From Candidatus Latescibacterota bacterium (GTDB lineage: Bacteria; Latescibacterota; UBA2968; UBA8231), in contig OZ242005.1 in the NCBI GenBank assembly GCA_965204725.1, forward strand, positions 1,760,001 to 1,824,000: a DNA stretch of 64,000 bases, in the 5' to 3' direction. Below are positions 48,601-57,690 of this stretch, in pieces. Position numbers and translations under genes: made by a program. The notes beneath the pieces are model-generated. The model was not told the DNA's origin. It saw only the letters and a program-made list of their open reading frames with translations, and ran no database searches. Within the stretch, counting starts at the first letter, position 1, and the number at the start of each line of letters is the position of its first letter.

Positions 48601-51342
48601 TAACACCCAATCCCCTATCGACGCCCCGGCTGTAAAGGTAACTTGGTTCGCCACGGTTTCGTCGAAACTAGGCATGCCAGCCACCGCAATGGTGAAGTTC
48701 AACGCCACCGAATCCCCATCCAAATCCGCCACTCGATAGGTCAACGCATAGCCCTCGGCAGAATACAACTCACCCGTCGGCAGAGCACCCGAAAGCGTCT
48801 GAGACGCCGCATCAAAAGCCAGTTCCCCAGGCAACTCCCCGGCCAAGGTATAGGTCAACGCCACATTCCCGCCGACCGCCGACGGTAGAGCTAAGTTCAC
48901 CTCATCGCCCGCGGTGTAGCTCTGGTCGGCCACAACCTCATCGCCGAAGCTGGGCATACCATTCACCGAAATCGTGAAGCTCAACTCAGCCGAATCGCCA
49001 TCCTCATCCGCCACCCGATAGGTCAACGTATGGTCCTCGGCAGAATACAACTCATCCGTCGGCAGAGCACCCGAAAGCGTCTGAGACGCCGCATCAAAAG
49101 CCAGTTCCCCAGGCAACTCCCCGGCCAAGGTATAGGTCAACGCCACATTCCCGCCGACCGCCGCCGGTAAAGCTAAGTTCACCTCATCACCTGCGGTATA
49201 GCTCTGGTCGGCCACGACCCGGTCGCCGAAGTTGGGCTTGCCATTCACTACTATCGTGAAGTCCAAAGTAGCTTCATCCCCGTCCGCATCCTCCACCACC
49301 AACGTCAACGAATATTCGGCTTGATACAACCTATGAATCGACGGCGTACCCGATAGCGTTCGAGTCGCGGCATCAAAATTTAGAAAACTCAGATCCGGCG
49401 TCTGATTACCGCGCAAGCTATAGGTCAACTCGACATTGCCGCCATCCGCATCCGGCAAAGTCAAGCTCATCTCTGCGCCCGCCGGATACGACGGCTTGGC
49501 GTCCATGGTCTTGTCGTCGCCGAAGCTGGGCATGCCATCCACCACTATCGTGAAGGGCAACTCAGCCGAATCGCCATCGCCATCCCACACCTCCAACGTC
49601 AACTCATATTTATCGTCATACACCATATCAGCCGGCGGCGTACCCGAAAGCGTCCGCTTAGCGGGATCGTCATCAAACTCCAGACCCGGCGGCAGTTCCC
49701 CTTTCAGGCGATACTCCCATATCACATTCCCGCCTGTCGGCTCCGGCAAAGTCAAGCTCATCGCCACGTCCGTCTGGTACGGATCCTGCGGTACATCCAC
49801 GGTCTTGCCATCGAAGCTGGGCATGCCATCCACCACTATAGCAAAGCTCAACGCCGCATCATCGCCATCCACATCCACCACCCGATACGTGAACGCATAT
49901 GACTCAGCATATACCACATCGGCCGGCGGCGTACCCGAAATCGTCCGAGACCCGGCATCAAATACCAGACCCTCAGGTAACTCCCCGTCCAAGCTATACG
50001 TCAACGCTACATTCCCACTGACCGCCGCCGGCAGTTCCAATTCTACCTCATTGCCCGCTGTGTATAGCTGGTCTTCCACAACCTGATCGCCGAAGCTGGG
50101 CATAGCAGCTACCACAATCGTGAAGGTCAACTCAGCCGAATCGCCATCGGAATCCACCGCCCGATACGTGAACTCATATTTATCGTCATACACCACATCG
50201 GCCGGCGGCGTACCCGAAATCGTCCGAGACCCGGCATCAAATACCAGACCCTCAGGCAACTCCCCGTCCAAGCTATACGTCAGAGCGTCGATAGACAGCC
50301 CCACTGGCAACTCCCAAGGCTGTTTTATCTCTTCGCCCGCAGTAAAGGTTGTCTGACGCGCAGCAACCGCCGCAAAGGTAAGCTCCACCGAGATCGTGAA
50401 GGTCAATTCCTCCGCGTCGCTCTCCTCCATATTGGTATCGGAATCTTCTACTCGGTAGGTCATTTCATACGTCCCAGCTACGGTCGGCGTACCCGATAGC
50501 GTAAGCGACGTAGCATCAAAAGTCAGACCTGGCACCTCCGGTGACAAGCTATATCTCGGAGGCGCCTCATGCTCTCCCACCGAAGCCTGAGGCAATTCCA
50601 GAACTCCTATATCCTCGCCTGTCCGGTACGACTGATCAACAACCGTCGCCCCCTCAAAGCTCGGCATCGTATCGACTTCTATCTCGAATGTCAACGTGGC
50701 CGTATCGCCATCGGCATCCGTCACTTCGTAAGTCATCAGGGAAAGAGCCACTTCCGAAGGCGTACCCGAAAGCGTCCGCGACCCGGCATCAAATGCCAAA
50801 CCCGGCGGCACAGGCCTTAAATTGTATGTCAAATCGCCATTGCCACTCGAAGCCGCAGGTAACTCCAGAGCCTCTATCGCTACCCCCGCCGAGAACATCT
50901 GATCGGCAACCGTCGTACCGTCAAAGCTCGGAGCTACATCCTCCTCCTCTACTAAAACATTGAAGGTCAACGTGGCCGTAGCACCGTCGGCATCCGTCAC
51001 TTCGTAGACCATCAAGTAAAAGACCTTTTCCGGGAAGACGACAACGTCCGAAGGCGTACCCGAAAGCGTCCGCGACCCGACATCAAATGTCAAACCCGGT
51101 ACCTCCGGCGACAGGCTATACGTAAGCTCGCCATTGCCTCCCGAAGCCGCAGGTAACTCCAGAGCCTCTATCGCCACCCCGGCCTCGTACATCTGATTGG
51201 CAACCGTCGCCCCGTCAAAGCTCGGCGTATCCTGGGCTTCAGCCACCGGGACCAACACCAAAGTGGCCGCCAGAAAGAGCATACTCAGGCAGAACGGCGA
51301 TCTATTCCAAACAAGTCTGTTACTAACTGCACACCCGCTCAT
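45604..51342 (-). CDS. Large autotransporter-like adhesin with about 15 Ig-like (He_PIG/cadherin-like) repeats
   Basis: Signal peptide, about 95-aa repeats PSF..LPAASGGNG.LTYSL..GLxFD..RTLSGTP..DxDGD, C-terminal beta-barrel ending in F. Confidence 0.88.
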   Translation of the reverse strand: MSGCAVSNRLVWNRSPFCLSMLFLAATLVLVPVAEAQDTPSFDGATVANQMYEAGVAIEALELPAASGGNGELTYSLSPEVPGLTFDVGSRTLSGTPSDVVVFPEKVFYLMVYEVTDADGATATLTFNVLVEEEDVAPSFDGTTVADQMFSAGVAIEALELPAASSGNGDLTYNLRPVPPGLAFDAGSRTLSGTPSEVALSLMTYEVTDADGDTATLTFEIEVDTMPSFEGATVVDQSYRTGEDIGVLELPQASVGEHEAPPRYSLSPEVPGLTFDATSLTLSGTPTVAGTYEMTYRVEDSDTNMEESDAEELTFTISVELTFAAVAARQTTFTAGEEIKQPWELPVGLSIDALTYSLDGELPEGLVFDAGSRTISGTPPADVVYDDKYEFTYRAVDSDGDSAELTFTIVVAAMPSFGDQVVEDQLYTAGNEVELELPAAVSGNVALTYSLDGELPEGLVFDAGSRTISGTPPADVVYAESYAFTYRVVDVDGDDAALSFAIVVDGMPSFDGKTVDVPQDPYQTDVAMSLTLPEPTGGNVIWEYRLKGELPPGLEFDDDPAKRTLSGTPPADMVYDDKYELTLEVWDGDGDSAELPFTIVVDGMPSFGDDKTMDAKPSYPAGAEMSLTLPDADGGNVELTYSLRGNQTPDLSFLNFDAATRTLSGTPSIHRLYQAEYSLTLVVEDADGDEATLDFTIVVNGKPNFGDRVVADQSYTAGDEVNLALPAAVGGNVALTYTLAGELPGELAFDAASQTLSGALPTDELYSAEDHTLTYRVADEDGDSAELSFTISVNGMPSFGDEVVADQSYTAGDEVNLALPSAVGGNVALTYTLAGELPGELAFDAASQTLSGALPTGELYSAEGYALTYRVADLDGDSVALNFTIAVAGMPSFDETVANQVTFTAGASIGDWVLPSASGGNGALTYSLAGDLPPGLTFDASSRTLSGDLSADLLYDLGYALTYGVADVDGDSAALSFTIVVDAKPSFGDQVVADQSYTAGDEVNLALPAAAGGHVALTYSLEGELPPGLAFDASSQTLSGTLPADALYVEGCVLTYRVVDVDGDSAELSFTVSVNGMPSFGDQVVADQSYTAGDEVSLELPAAAGGNVALTYTLDGDLPPGLAFDASSRTIVGTPPPNVLYSAEGYALTYQVVDVDGDSAELSFTIAVNGMPSFAGTITNQTIAEGEEMAPLELPAALGGNGELTYSLSPEVPGLTFDAEARTLSGTPTTADTYELTYRAEDSDGDSVEVPFSLKVDGTPAFDTTIEDRTLRQNEAMDPWELPAGLGGNGELTYSLDLNVPGLNFDAASRTLSGTPTSTGVYRLVYRVADVDGDSAELTFHLTIDGAPSFSGTVANQTYIEGEAIEGLVLPLASGGNLLSLNPDGNGEFGELTYTLDNVPPGLAFDPNPRSPTLSGTPTEVGTYSLTYTAHDADDNMTAEDAAILSFEVRVEESATDRFAELNEQILSKYALAIADGTNRAIENRLEQVGRVGDGSGSFRFAAESTLYDMIQSGRIFENSPVNLSQVMNGSSFAVPFGFGRGCIVCPGSPAFWGRGDYGKLSSDDGSLDWDGNLTRAQIGLDARPGAEMLTGLALSWAQGSFDYTAPLLGAERVDGTYTTRMLSLHPYVGFSPGRLGVWLTAGLGRGDLEIDDQQGTIGQQSSDTSLRTASVGASGDLLDSGPTRLRVKGAATAAQVDVKGGGRIAEQTVNANRLRLALKGSYAYEMGMDGQMTPQLEVALRQDGGDGETGAGVEVGGGLRFEGSGFTLEAMARSLVAPPGDYKEWGAHLLIQRASGTDGRGLSMRLMPTYGTQANSLTLWERSVADLTERGHLNTQGQLRAEVGYGLAAPGGQGVYTVYSGMTQAPERMQLRLGTRFEVDSSMSVSLESTRWQRMAGVAEHGLLLRGRLVF

Positions 51343-51695
51343 AATTGACCCTCCAAATAGAGATTTAAGATTTAAGTTTAGGTTGTAGCACAACGCGATG
51401 TGCTAGATCGCTGCCTCACCGATCTAAAGGAAAAGACGCAAATCACCGCATTCTCGTCAGCGCGGATAAATCCGTCCCTTAATACCAACCACCACCGCGC
51501 TCGTGATCTCTTTCTTCCCTAGCACCCTTTAACAAAAATAGCTTAATTGAAGAGCGTGTAAAGAAGCCTGAGATCATTTTACGGTTCCATCCTACCATCC
51601 TAAAGTATTCAATACAAAATACGCATCTAATACTCAGGATGCAAGAGATAGTTTCTAAACTACATGGCCTATTAGCACCTAGCCATAGGGAAAGG

Positions 51696-52169
51696 TTAAG
51701 ACCTTGCAAAAAGAGGAAGACCATGGCGTAACTCGGCTTCCAACTTGGAGTGACAAGAAGGGCAAACCGAAATCAGATGTTCCAGCTTATTGGCCTCTAC
51801 ATTGGAAGAGAAACTGCGATAGGGAATCTTGTGATGTACGTCGAGCTGACGCCCCAATTCCTCTTCGCTGATCCCGCATACTTGGCAGATAAAGCCATCG
51901 CGTGTCCGCGCCTTTAGTGCTTGGAGGGCCCAGTTGGCCCCCCGCTGTTTGGAGGATGCCCCCAAGCAAACCTCGAACGAAGGCATACCCTCTGTCCAAG
52001 CCCGGCGACAGGACGCATCGCAAAAATGCAACTGCGCTTGGTCCACATACCAAGCCGGGACCTCAATCTCTAGCCGACAGTACGCACAGTGCGTGGCAAT
52101 CTGCTCGTTGCCGCTAGCAGAGCACTGATCGCCAAAATCAAACCCCATCTGATCACTAGGCGAAGACAT
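51696..52169 (-). CDS. HNH endonuclease with N-terminal Cys4 zinc finger
   Basis: CAYC..FCDASC; RDGFICQVCG..DVHH..N..CPSCH. Confidence 0.85.
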   Translation of the reverse strand: MSSPSDQMGFDFGDQCSASGNEQIATHCAYCRLEIEVPAWYVDQAQLHFCDASCRRAWTEGMPSFEVCLGASSKQRGANWALQALKARTRDGFICQVCGISEEELGRQLDVHHKIPYRSFSSNVEANKLEHLISVCPSCHSKLEAELRHGLPLFARS

Positions 52170-52346
52170 GATAGACCGTAGGACTAATTTTATAGGAGAT
52201 TCCGATCTGTTCTGGTCTCATCGCTTGCCTCTTCTACGTACTATGCACAAATGAAGTCTGGTTAAGGAGATCTCCAAAACCCATCTTGCTCCCTTTCCCT
52301 ATTTCATATATATTTAATAGTTTTATTAAAGAGAGGAGCGTAAAAA

Positions 52347-52601
52347 TTGCCCAAACTCAAATCCGCCAAAAAGCACCAAGCCACTAGTGCCAAAGCCTAC
52401 GAACGCAATCGTGCGCTCCGCTCGCGGATGCGCACGGCCCTTAAAAAAGTCCGTCAGGCTCCAGACAAAGCCTCGGCCGAAACCGCTCTACAGGCGGCGA
52501 TCTCGACTGTTGACAGGACTACCAGCAAAGGTATTATCCACAAAAATGCCGCCGCACGCTGCAAGTCGCGGTTGAGCCGCCTCGTACAGACGATGGCCTA
52601 G
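52347..52601 (+). CDS. rpsT: 30S ribosomal protein S20
   Basis: KSAKK..RNRALRSRMRT..KGIIHKNAAAR; TTG start. Confidence 0.95.
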   Translation: MPKLKSAKKHQATSAKAYERNRALRSRMRTALKKVRQAPDKASAETALQAAISTVDRTTSKGIIHKNAAARCKSRLSRLVQTMA

Positions 52602-52610
52602 CATTTCTCC

Positions 52611-53528
52611 TCATTCAAAAGCACGAGTACTCAAGTAGCGCAACCCACTGTCGCAGAGGATCGTCGCGACTCGAGCAGTTGATCCAAGCTCGCGAGCGAC
52701 TTGGGCGGCGATATAGGCGTTGGCTCCGGCTGAAATTCCCACCAAAAGCCCTTCCTCTCGTGCCAAGCGGCGGGCCATTTCATAAGCGTCGTCGTCGGTA
52801 ATAACCCGCACCTCGTCGACAACCTCGAGGTTGAGGACCGGCGGCACAAAACCCGCGCCGATGCCTTCTATATAACTGAACCCAGCCTCCCCGCCTGAAA
52901 GCACGGGCGACCCGGCAGGCTCGACAGCGATGACCCGCACAGAGGACAGAGCCTCTTTGAGCACCTCGCCGACTCCAGTTAAGGACCCCCCAGTACCCAC
53001 ACCAGCCACAAAGGCATCAATCCGGCCATCTAACTGTTCCAAAATCTCACGGCCGGTCGTACGGCGGTGTATCTCAGGGTTCGCTGCGTTCATAAACTGT
53101 TGTGGCAAAAAGTAATCTGGATTCTCGCGCTTGAGTTCAAGTGCTTTGTCGATAGCACCGCGCATACCCTCGGCCGCTGGCGTCAACACAACCTCGGCAC
53201 CGTACGCCTGCATCTGTAAGCGGCGCTCGCGGCTAGCCGTATCGAACATGGTGACGATGAGCTTGTAGCCTTTATAGGCAGCCACCATGGCCAAGCCAAT
53301 GCCGGTATTGCCACTCGTTGGCTCAATGATCGTGCCGCCCTCGGCCAATAGCCCTTGCTCTTCAGCAGCTTCGACCATGGCCAGAGCGATGCGGTCCTTG
53401 ACACTGCCACCGGGATTGGTCGCCTCTAACTTGCCCCACACCTCAGAGGCATCCTCCCCGACGACTCGGCCAAGGCGTACCATAGGCGTAGCCCCGATTA
53501 ACTCTAGCACATTGTGGGCGCGTTTCAT
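52611..53528 (-). CDS. cysK: Cysteine synthase A
   Basis: NPGGSVKDR, EPTSGNTG, GVGTGGS. Confidence 0.9.
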   Translation of the reverse strand: MKRAHNVLELIGATPMVRLGRVVGEDASEVWGKLEATNPGGSVKDRIALAMVEAAEEQGLLAEGGTIIEPTSGNTGIGLAMVAAYKGYKLIVTMFDTASRERRLQMQAYGAEVVLTPAAEGMRGAIDKALELKRENPDYFLPQQFMNAANPEIHRRTTGREILEQLDGRIDAFVAGVGTGGSLTGVGEVLKEALSSVRVIAVEPAGSPVLSGGEAGFSYIEGIGAGFVPPVLNLEVVDEVRVITDDDAYEMARRLAREEGLLVGISAGANAYIAAQVARELGSTARVATILCDSGLRYLSTRAFE

Positions 53529-53567
53529 CCTGTACCAACCCTAACGCTGGCCGCCTGTAGGATAGTT

Positions 53568-53846
53568 TCAACTCCCGCCAGCAATAGCTGGGACGATAGA
53601 GACGCTGTCGCCATCGTTGAGAGGTGTGTCCTTACCGTCAAGGAAACGGATATCTTCGTCGTTGACGAAGATATTGACGTATCGGCGGATCTCGCCCCCT
53701 TCGTCGAGCAATTTCTCGGCCAAGCCCTCGTAAGAGCCTTCGAGCCCATCTACCAACTGGCCAATAGTCGCCGCCTCCAGTGTGACCTCGGCCTGATTGT
53801 GGGTCAACCTTCGCAACGGCGTAGGAATGTGAACGGTAACCGGCAT
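53568..53846 (-). CDS. MoaD/ThiS-family sulfur carrier (CysO-like)
   Basis: IPTPLRR..VNIFVNDEDIRFL..IVPAIAGGS. Confidence 0.9.
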   Translation of the reverse strand: MPVTVHIPTPLRRLTHNQAEVTLEAATIGQLVDGLEGSYEGLAEKLLDEGGEIRRYVNIFVNDEDIRFLDGKDTPLNDGDSVSIVPAIAGGS

Positions 53847-53911
53847 CTCATCCTCCATTTGGTTATTAAAATGCGGCTCTGCCGCCCGCATTCTATGTTT
53901 AGGAACGTTTG

Positions 53912-54406
53912 CTAGACTATTTTAACACCCACTTCGACGTAGCGGCTGCCGTCCCAAGCAAAACACTTGTAGCCTTGCACTTTCCGCTGGCTGCCTGCCT
54001 CCTCGCCGCATACTGAGAGGACTAGATAAATCGCGTCTGGATCGTCTGGATCGTCGCCCGCCTCTCGGCTGTTGAATATCCAAGTGCGCCTTTCGTCTTC
54101 GGCCGAGAAATAGGCTGCGCAATCAATGTGGGAATGGTAGCAACCCGCGACCCGGCCACCGGCCTCTTCAGCCGCCTTCTCAATGCGTAACTGCTCACCT
54201 GCGTCGATCAGATAGGCCGTGCTTGCATCGCGAGGATAGTGCTTGGGGTCTTCTTCGTGCCGCTGCTGCTGTACATTAGTACAAGCATGGGCCGTAGCCA
54301 CCCCATCCGGCACTTTCTCGATCAACAGACCGCAACACTCGTGCGGGTACTCAGCCAAGGCTTGGGCGTAAATCCGTTCAACCTCTCTGCGAGCGATGCA
54401 CAGCAT
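53912..54406 (-). CDS. JAB/MPN (M67) metalloprotease, Mec-like
   Basis: YPHECCG, YHSH, SAED. Confidence 0.9.
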   Translation of the reverse strand: MLCIARREVERIYAQALAEYPHECCGLLIEKVPDGVATAHACTNVQQQRHEEDPKHYPRDASTAYLIDAGEQLRIEKAAEEAGGRVAGCYHSHIDCAAYFSAEDERRTWIFNSREAGDDPDDPDAIYLVLSVCGEEAGSQRKVQGYKCFAWDGSRYVEVGVKIV

Positions 54407-55339
54407 TCAGCCATCCTTCTGCGTAGCAATGTCACTGAGGGCCAGCCGCCACATAGGCGTACTCATGTACTTGTCTCCGCCATCGCAAAATATAGTCACC
54501 ACCACCCCCATGTCTAGCTGACGAGCAACTTCCAGCGCGGCCCAATAAGCCCCACCCGCAGACTGTCCGACGAGAATCCCTTGCTCGCCCGGGAGGCGCA
54601 GAGCAGTATCGTACGCATCATCGGTATCTATCGGTATTTCGTAGTCGAGGAGGGTCTCGTCGTAGATACCGGGGACAATTGAACTCTCCATGTGCTTAAG
54701 CCCCTCAATGCCGTGAAACGGCTCGGCCGGCTTAGCGGCAATGACCTGGACCGCCGGATTGAACTCCCTAAGACCTCGGCCTGTGCCCATCAGCGTCCCG
54801 CTAGTGCCGATAGTGGCGACAAAATGAGTGACACGCCCTTGGGTCTGCTCCCAGATTTCGGGGGCAGTGGTGTCGCGATGGGCGTACCAATTCGCGGGAT
54901 TGTTGTATTGATCGGGCTTGAAGTACTGGTCGGGATCGGCTTCGTAGATCCGCCGCGCTTCCCGTATGGCCCCGTCGGAAAGTTCTCCCGGGTCGGTGTA
55001 CACCACCTCAGCACCATAGGCGGCGAGAATGGCCTTGCGCTCGCGGCTGACATTGGCCGGCATAGCCAACTTTACCCGATAGCCCTTAGCAGCACCGATC
55101 ATAGCGTAGGCAATGCCGGTATTTCCAGAAGTGGAATCCAAAATGACCTTGCCCGGCCCCAGCGACCCGTCCTGCTCGCCATCCTCAATCATCCGCCGCG
55201 CCGGTCGGTCCTTGACCGACCCCCCGGGATTGAAAAACTCCAGCTTGGCATAAACTTCCACCCGCGGTGGAATCGCCGGATCCCTCAGCCGCAAAAGCGG
55301 CGTATTACCAATCTGCTCAACGACCGATAGGCCCTTCAC
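54407..55339 (-). CDS. cysM: PLP-dependent cysteine synthase, CysM-like
   Basis: NPGGSVKDRPA, DSTSGNTG, IGTSGTLMG. Confidence 0.82.
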   Translation of the reverse strand: MKGLSVVEQIGNTPLLRLRDPAIPPRVEVYAKLEFFNPGGSVKDRPARRMIEDGEQDGSLGPGKVILDSTSGNTGIAYAMIGAAKGYRVKLAMPANVSRERKAILAAYGAEVVYTDPGELSDGAIREARRIYEADPDQYFKPDQYNNPANWYAHRDTTAPEIWEQTQGRVTHFVATIGTSGTLMGTGRGLREFNPAVQVIAAKPAEPFHGIEGLKHMESSIVPGIYDETLLDYEIPIDTDDAYDTALRLPGEQGILVGQSAGGAYWAALEVARQLDMGVVVTIFCDGGDKYMSTPMWRLALSDIATQKDG

Positions 55340-55477
55340 AAAAATCTCCCCTTACGATTAAAAGAACCAAAATCCGCCATGTCAACCAACCCTGCCTTTT
55401 CTTGACACCCTCCAAGCCACCTTCTACCTTATCTTTTTCCCACCTGAAATCCAATTTTCATTAGATAGGTATAACTT

Positions 55478-57262
55478 ATGGAAGAACCGAGCGAAGGCTT
55501 GGGCGGCTGGGAGCGCACACACGACTGTGGCACTCTTACAGATAAAGACATCGGTCAGCGCGTCCTGTTAATGGGCTGGGTCTGGCACCGCCGCGACCAC
55601 GGCGGTGTTATTTTTATCGATCTCCGCGACCGCTATGGCATTACTCAAATCGTCTTCAATCCACAACGCGACCCCACTGCCTACCAGCAGGCCGACCGCT
55701 TGCGCAGCGAGTACGTCATCGCCGTACAAGGCGAAGTCGAGGCCCGGCCCGAAGGCATGGTCAACCCTCAGTTGCCCACCGGGACCATTGAGGTCAACTG
55801 CGATCAGCTACGCCTCCTCAACCAATGTCGGACCCCGCCTTTTCTCATCGAAGACCAAACCGATGCTGGCGAGGAAATTCGGCTCAAGTATCGCTACTTG
55901 GACCTTCGCCGGCCTCGGATACAAGGCAATTTGCTACTCAGGCACCGAGGCTACCAGATCGTGCGTCGTCTGCTCGACGAGCGCAGCTTTCTCGAAGTTG
56001 AAACGCCGTTTCTGACCAAGAGCACTCCCGAAGGCGCTCGAGACTACCTCGTTCCCAGCCGAGTTCATCCTAGGCAGTTTTTCGCCCTGCCCCAATCGCC
56101 TCAAACCTACAAGCAGCTCTTGATGGTCGCGGGCTGTGACCGCTACTTCCAGATCGTTAAATGCTTCCGCGACGAGGATTTGCGCGCCGATCGCCAGCCC
56201 GAATTTACCCAGATCGACATCGAAATGGCCTTCGTGAGCGAAAATCACGTCATGGCCGTTGCCGAAGATCTGACCCGCGCCCTCTTTGCTCAGTTGCGCC
56301 AAATCGATTTACCCAATCCCTTTCCACGGCTCACGTATCGCGAAGCCATGGAGCGCTTTGGCTCCGACAAACCCGACCTGCGCTTCGGCCTAGAGCTCAA
56401 AGATGTCGCGGTAGCTGCACGCATTTCCCAATTCCAAGTCTTTCACTCTGCTCTCGACGCAGGCGGTCAGGTCAAAGGCATAAATGCCAAGGGCTGTAGT
56501 GGGCTCTCACGTGGACAAATCGACGATTTAATCGCCTTTGTCCAAGGGCTGGGGGCCAAGGGTCTCGGCTGGATCAAGCACACCGACGCCGGCCTTGAAT
56601 CCTCCATCGTCAAATTCTTCCCCCAAGCGGCTCAAACCTTATTGATCGAGGCCCTCGAATCCGCCCCTGGCGATCTGTTGCTCTTTGTCGCCGACCAGCC
56701 TAGGCAGGTTGCCCGAGTTCTCGGAGGACTGCGCTTGGAACTGGCCCAGCGCCTCTCACTAGTGCCCGATGCTTCTTGGCAGCCCCTTTGGGTCAGCCAA
56801 TTCCCACTGCTAGAACGCGACGAAGAAGCTGGCCGCTTTACAGCCATGCACCATCCCTTCACCGCTCCCTTAGAAGAGGACCTCCCCCTGCTGGATACCA
56901 ATCCGGCCGATGTGAGGGCACGGGCCTATGATTTGGTCCTCAACGGCAATGAAATCGCCGGAGGCAGTATGCGGATTTTCCACAGCTCAGTGCAAGCCCA
57001 CGTCTTTCGACTTTTAGCGATCAGTGCCGAAGAAGCCGCGGTCAAATTCGGCTTTCTGCTCGAAGCTCTCGACTACGGAGCTCCGCCACACGGTGGGATT
57101 GCCTTTGGCTTTGACCGGCTGATAGCCCTGCTCGCCGCCGAAGATTCAATCCGCGACGTCATCGCCTTCCCAAAGACCAACAAGGCCGTGGGGTTGATGG
57201 AAAACGCCCCTTCTTCGGTCGATTTGGGCCAGTTGCGCGAATTGGGCATTCGGTTTGCCTGA
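55478..57262 (+). CDS. aspS: Aspartate-tRNA ligase
   Basis: RTHDCG, GARDYLVPSR, ALPQSPQ, FRDEDLRADRQPEF, GAPPHGG. Confidence 0.97.
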   Translation: MEEPSEGLGGWERTHDCGTLTDKDIGQRVLLMGWVWHRRDHGGVIFIDLRDRYGITQIVFNPQRDPTAYQQADRLRSEYVIAVQGEVEARPEGMVNPQLPTGTIEVNCDQLRLLNQCRTPPFLIEDQTDAGEEIRLKYRYLDLRRPRIQGNLLLRHRGYQIVRRLLDERSFLEVETPFLTKSTPEGARDYLVPSRVHPRQFFALPQSPQTYKQLLMVAGCDRYFQIVKCFRDEDLRADRQPEFTQIDIEMAFVSENHVMAVAEDLTRALFAQLRQIDLPNPFPRLTYREAMERFGSDKPDLRFGLELKDVAVAARISQFQVFHSALDAGGQVKGINAKGCSGLSRGQIDDLIAFVQGLGAKGLGWIKHTDAGLESSIVKFFPQAAQTLLIEALESAPGDLLLFVADQPRQVARVLGGLRLELAQRLSLVPDASWQPLWVSQFPLLERDEEAGRFTAMHHPFTAPLEEDLPLLDTNPADVRARAYDLVLNGNEIAGGSMRIFHSSVQAHVFRLLAISAEEAAVKFGFLLEALDYGAPPHGGIAFGFDRLIALLAAEDSIRDVIAFPKTNKAVGLMENAPSSVDLGQLRELGIRFA

Positions 57263-57388
57263 AAACTTACAGGCAGGGTAGATTTTCACTTGTTCTGCTT
57301 GACATCCACTCTAGGTCGCCTATATTTGTCCCAATATCCCGTATTTAAGATCACCGTCTGCCCCTTAAGCCTAGGTGGAGGAACTACT

Positions 57389-57676
57389 TTGAGCTGTCTT
57401 TCCACTTTGTCCAGTTTGAAATACTTAGGCGTCGCCTCGTCGGTAGTGGCTCTTTCTTTCGTCGCCGGCTGTTCGCGTGTTCCGTCGCAGGAGGACATGG
57501 AATACCTAGAACAACGGAGCCAAGCCACACTGGCCGCCGAAGTAAAAGTAACCGAGCTACAGGCCGAAAAAGCACAACTCCAGCGCGAACTCGCCGAGCG
57601 GCAAGCCACCAAAAAAGCATTAGAAGACAAACTAGCCGCTACCAAGACCAACCTCGCCAACCAAGTTGATAAATGA
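57389..57676 (+). CDS. Small coiled-coil lipoprotein
   Basis: GGAGG RBS + TTG, lipobox VAGC, heptads. Confidence 0.65.
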   Translation: MSCLSTLSSLKYLGVASSVVALSFVAGCSRVPSQEDMEYLEQRSQATLAAEVKVTELQAEKAQLQRELAERQATKKALEDKLAATKTNLANQVDK

Positions 57677-57690
57677 GAAAGGGTTCAACC

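Noticed and set aside
47300-51250. Diversity-generating retroelement-like repeats in the adhesin
   Set aside because: No reverse transcriptase, and differences are not adenine-specific; ordinary domain repeats.
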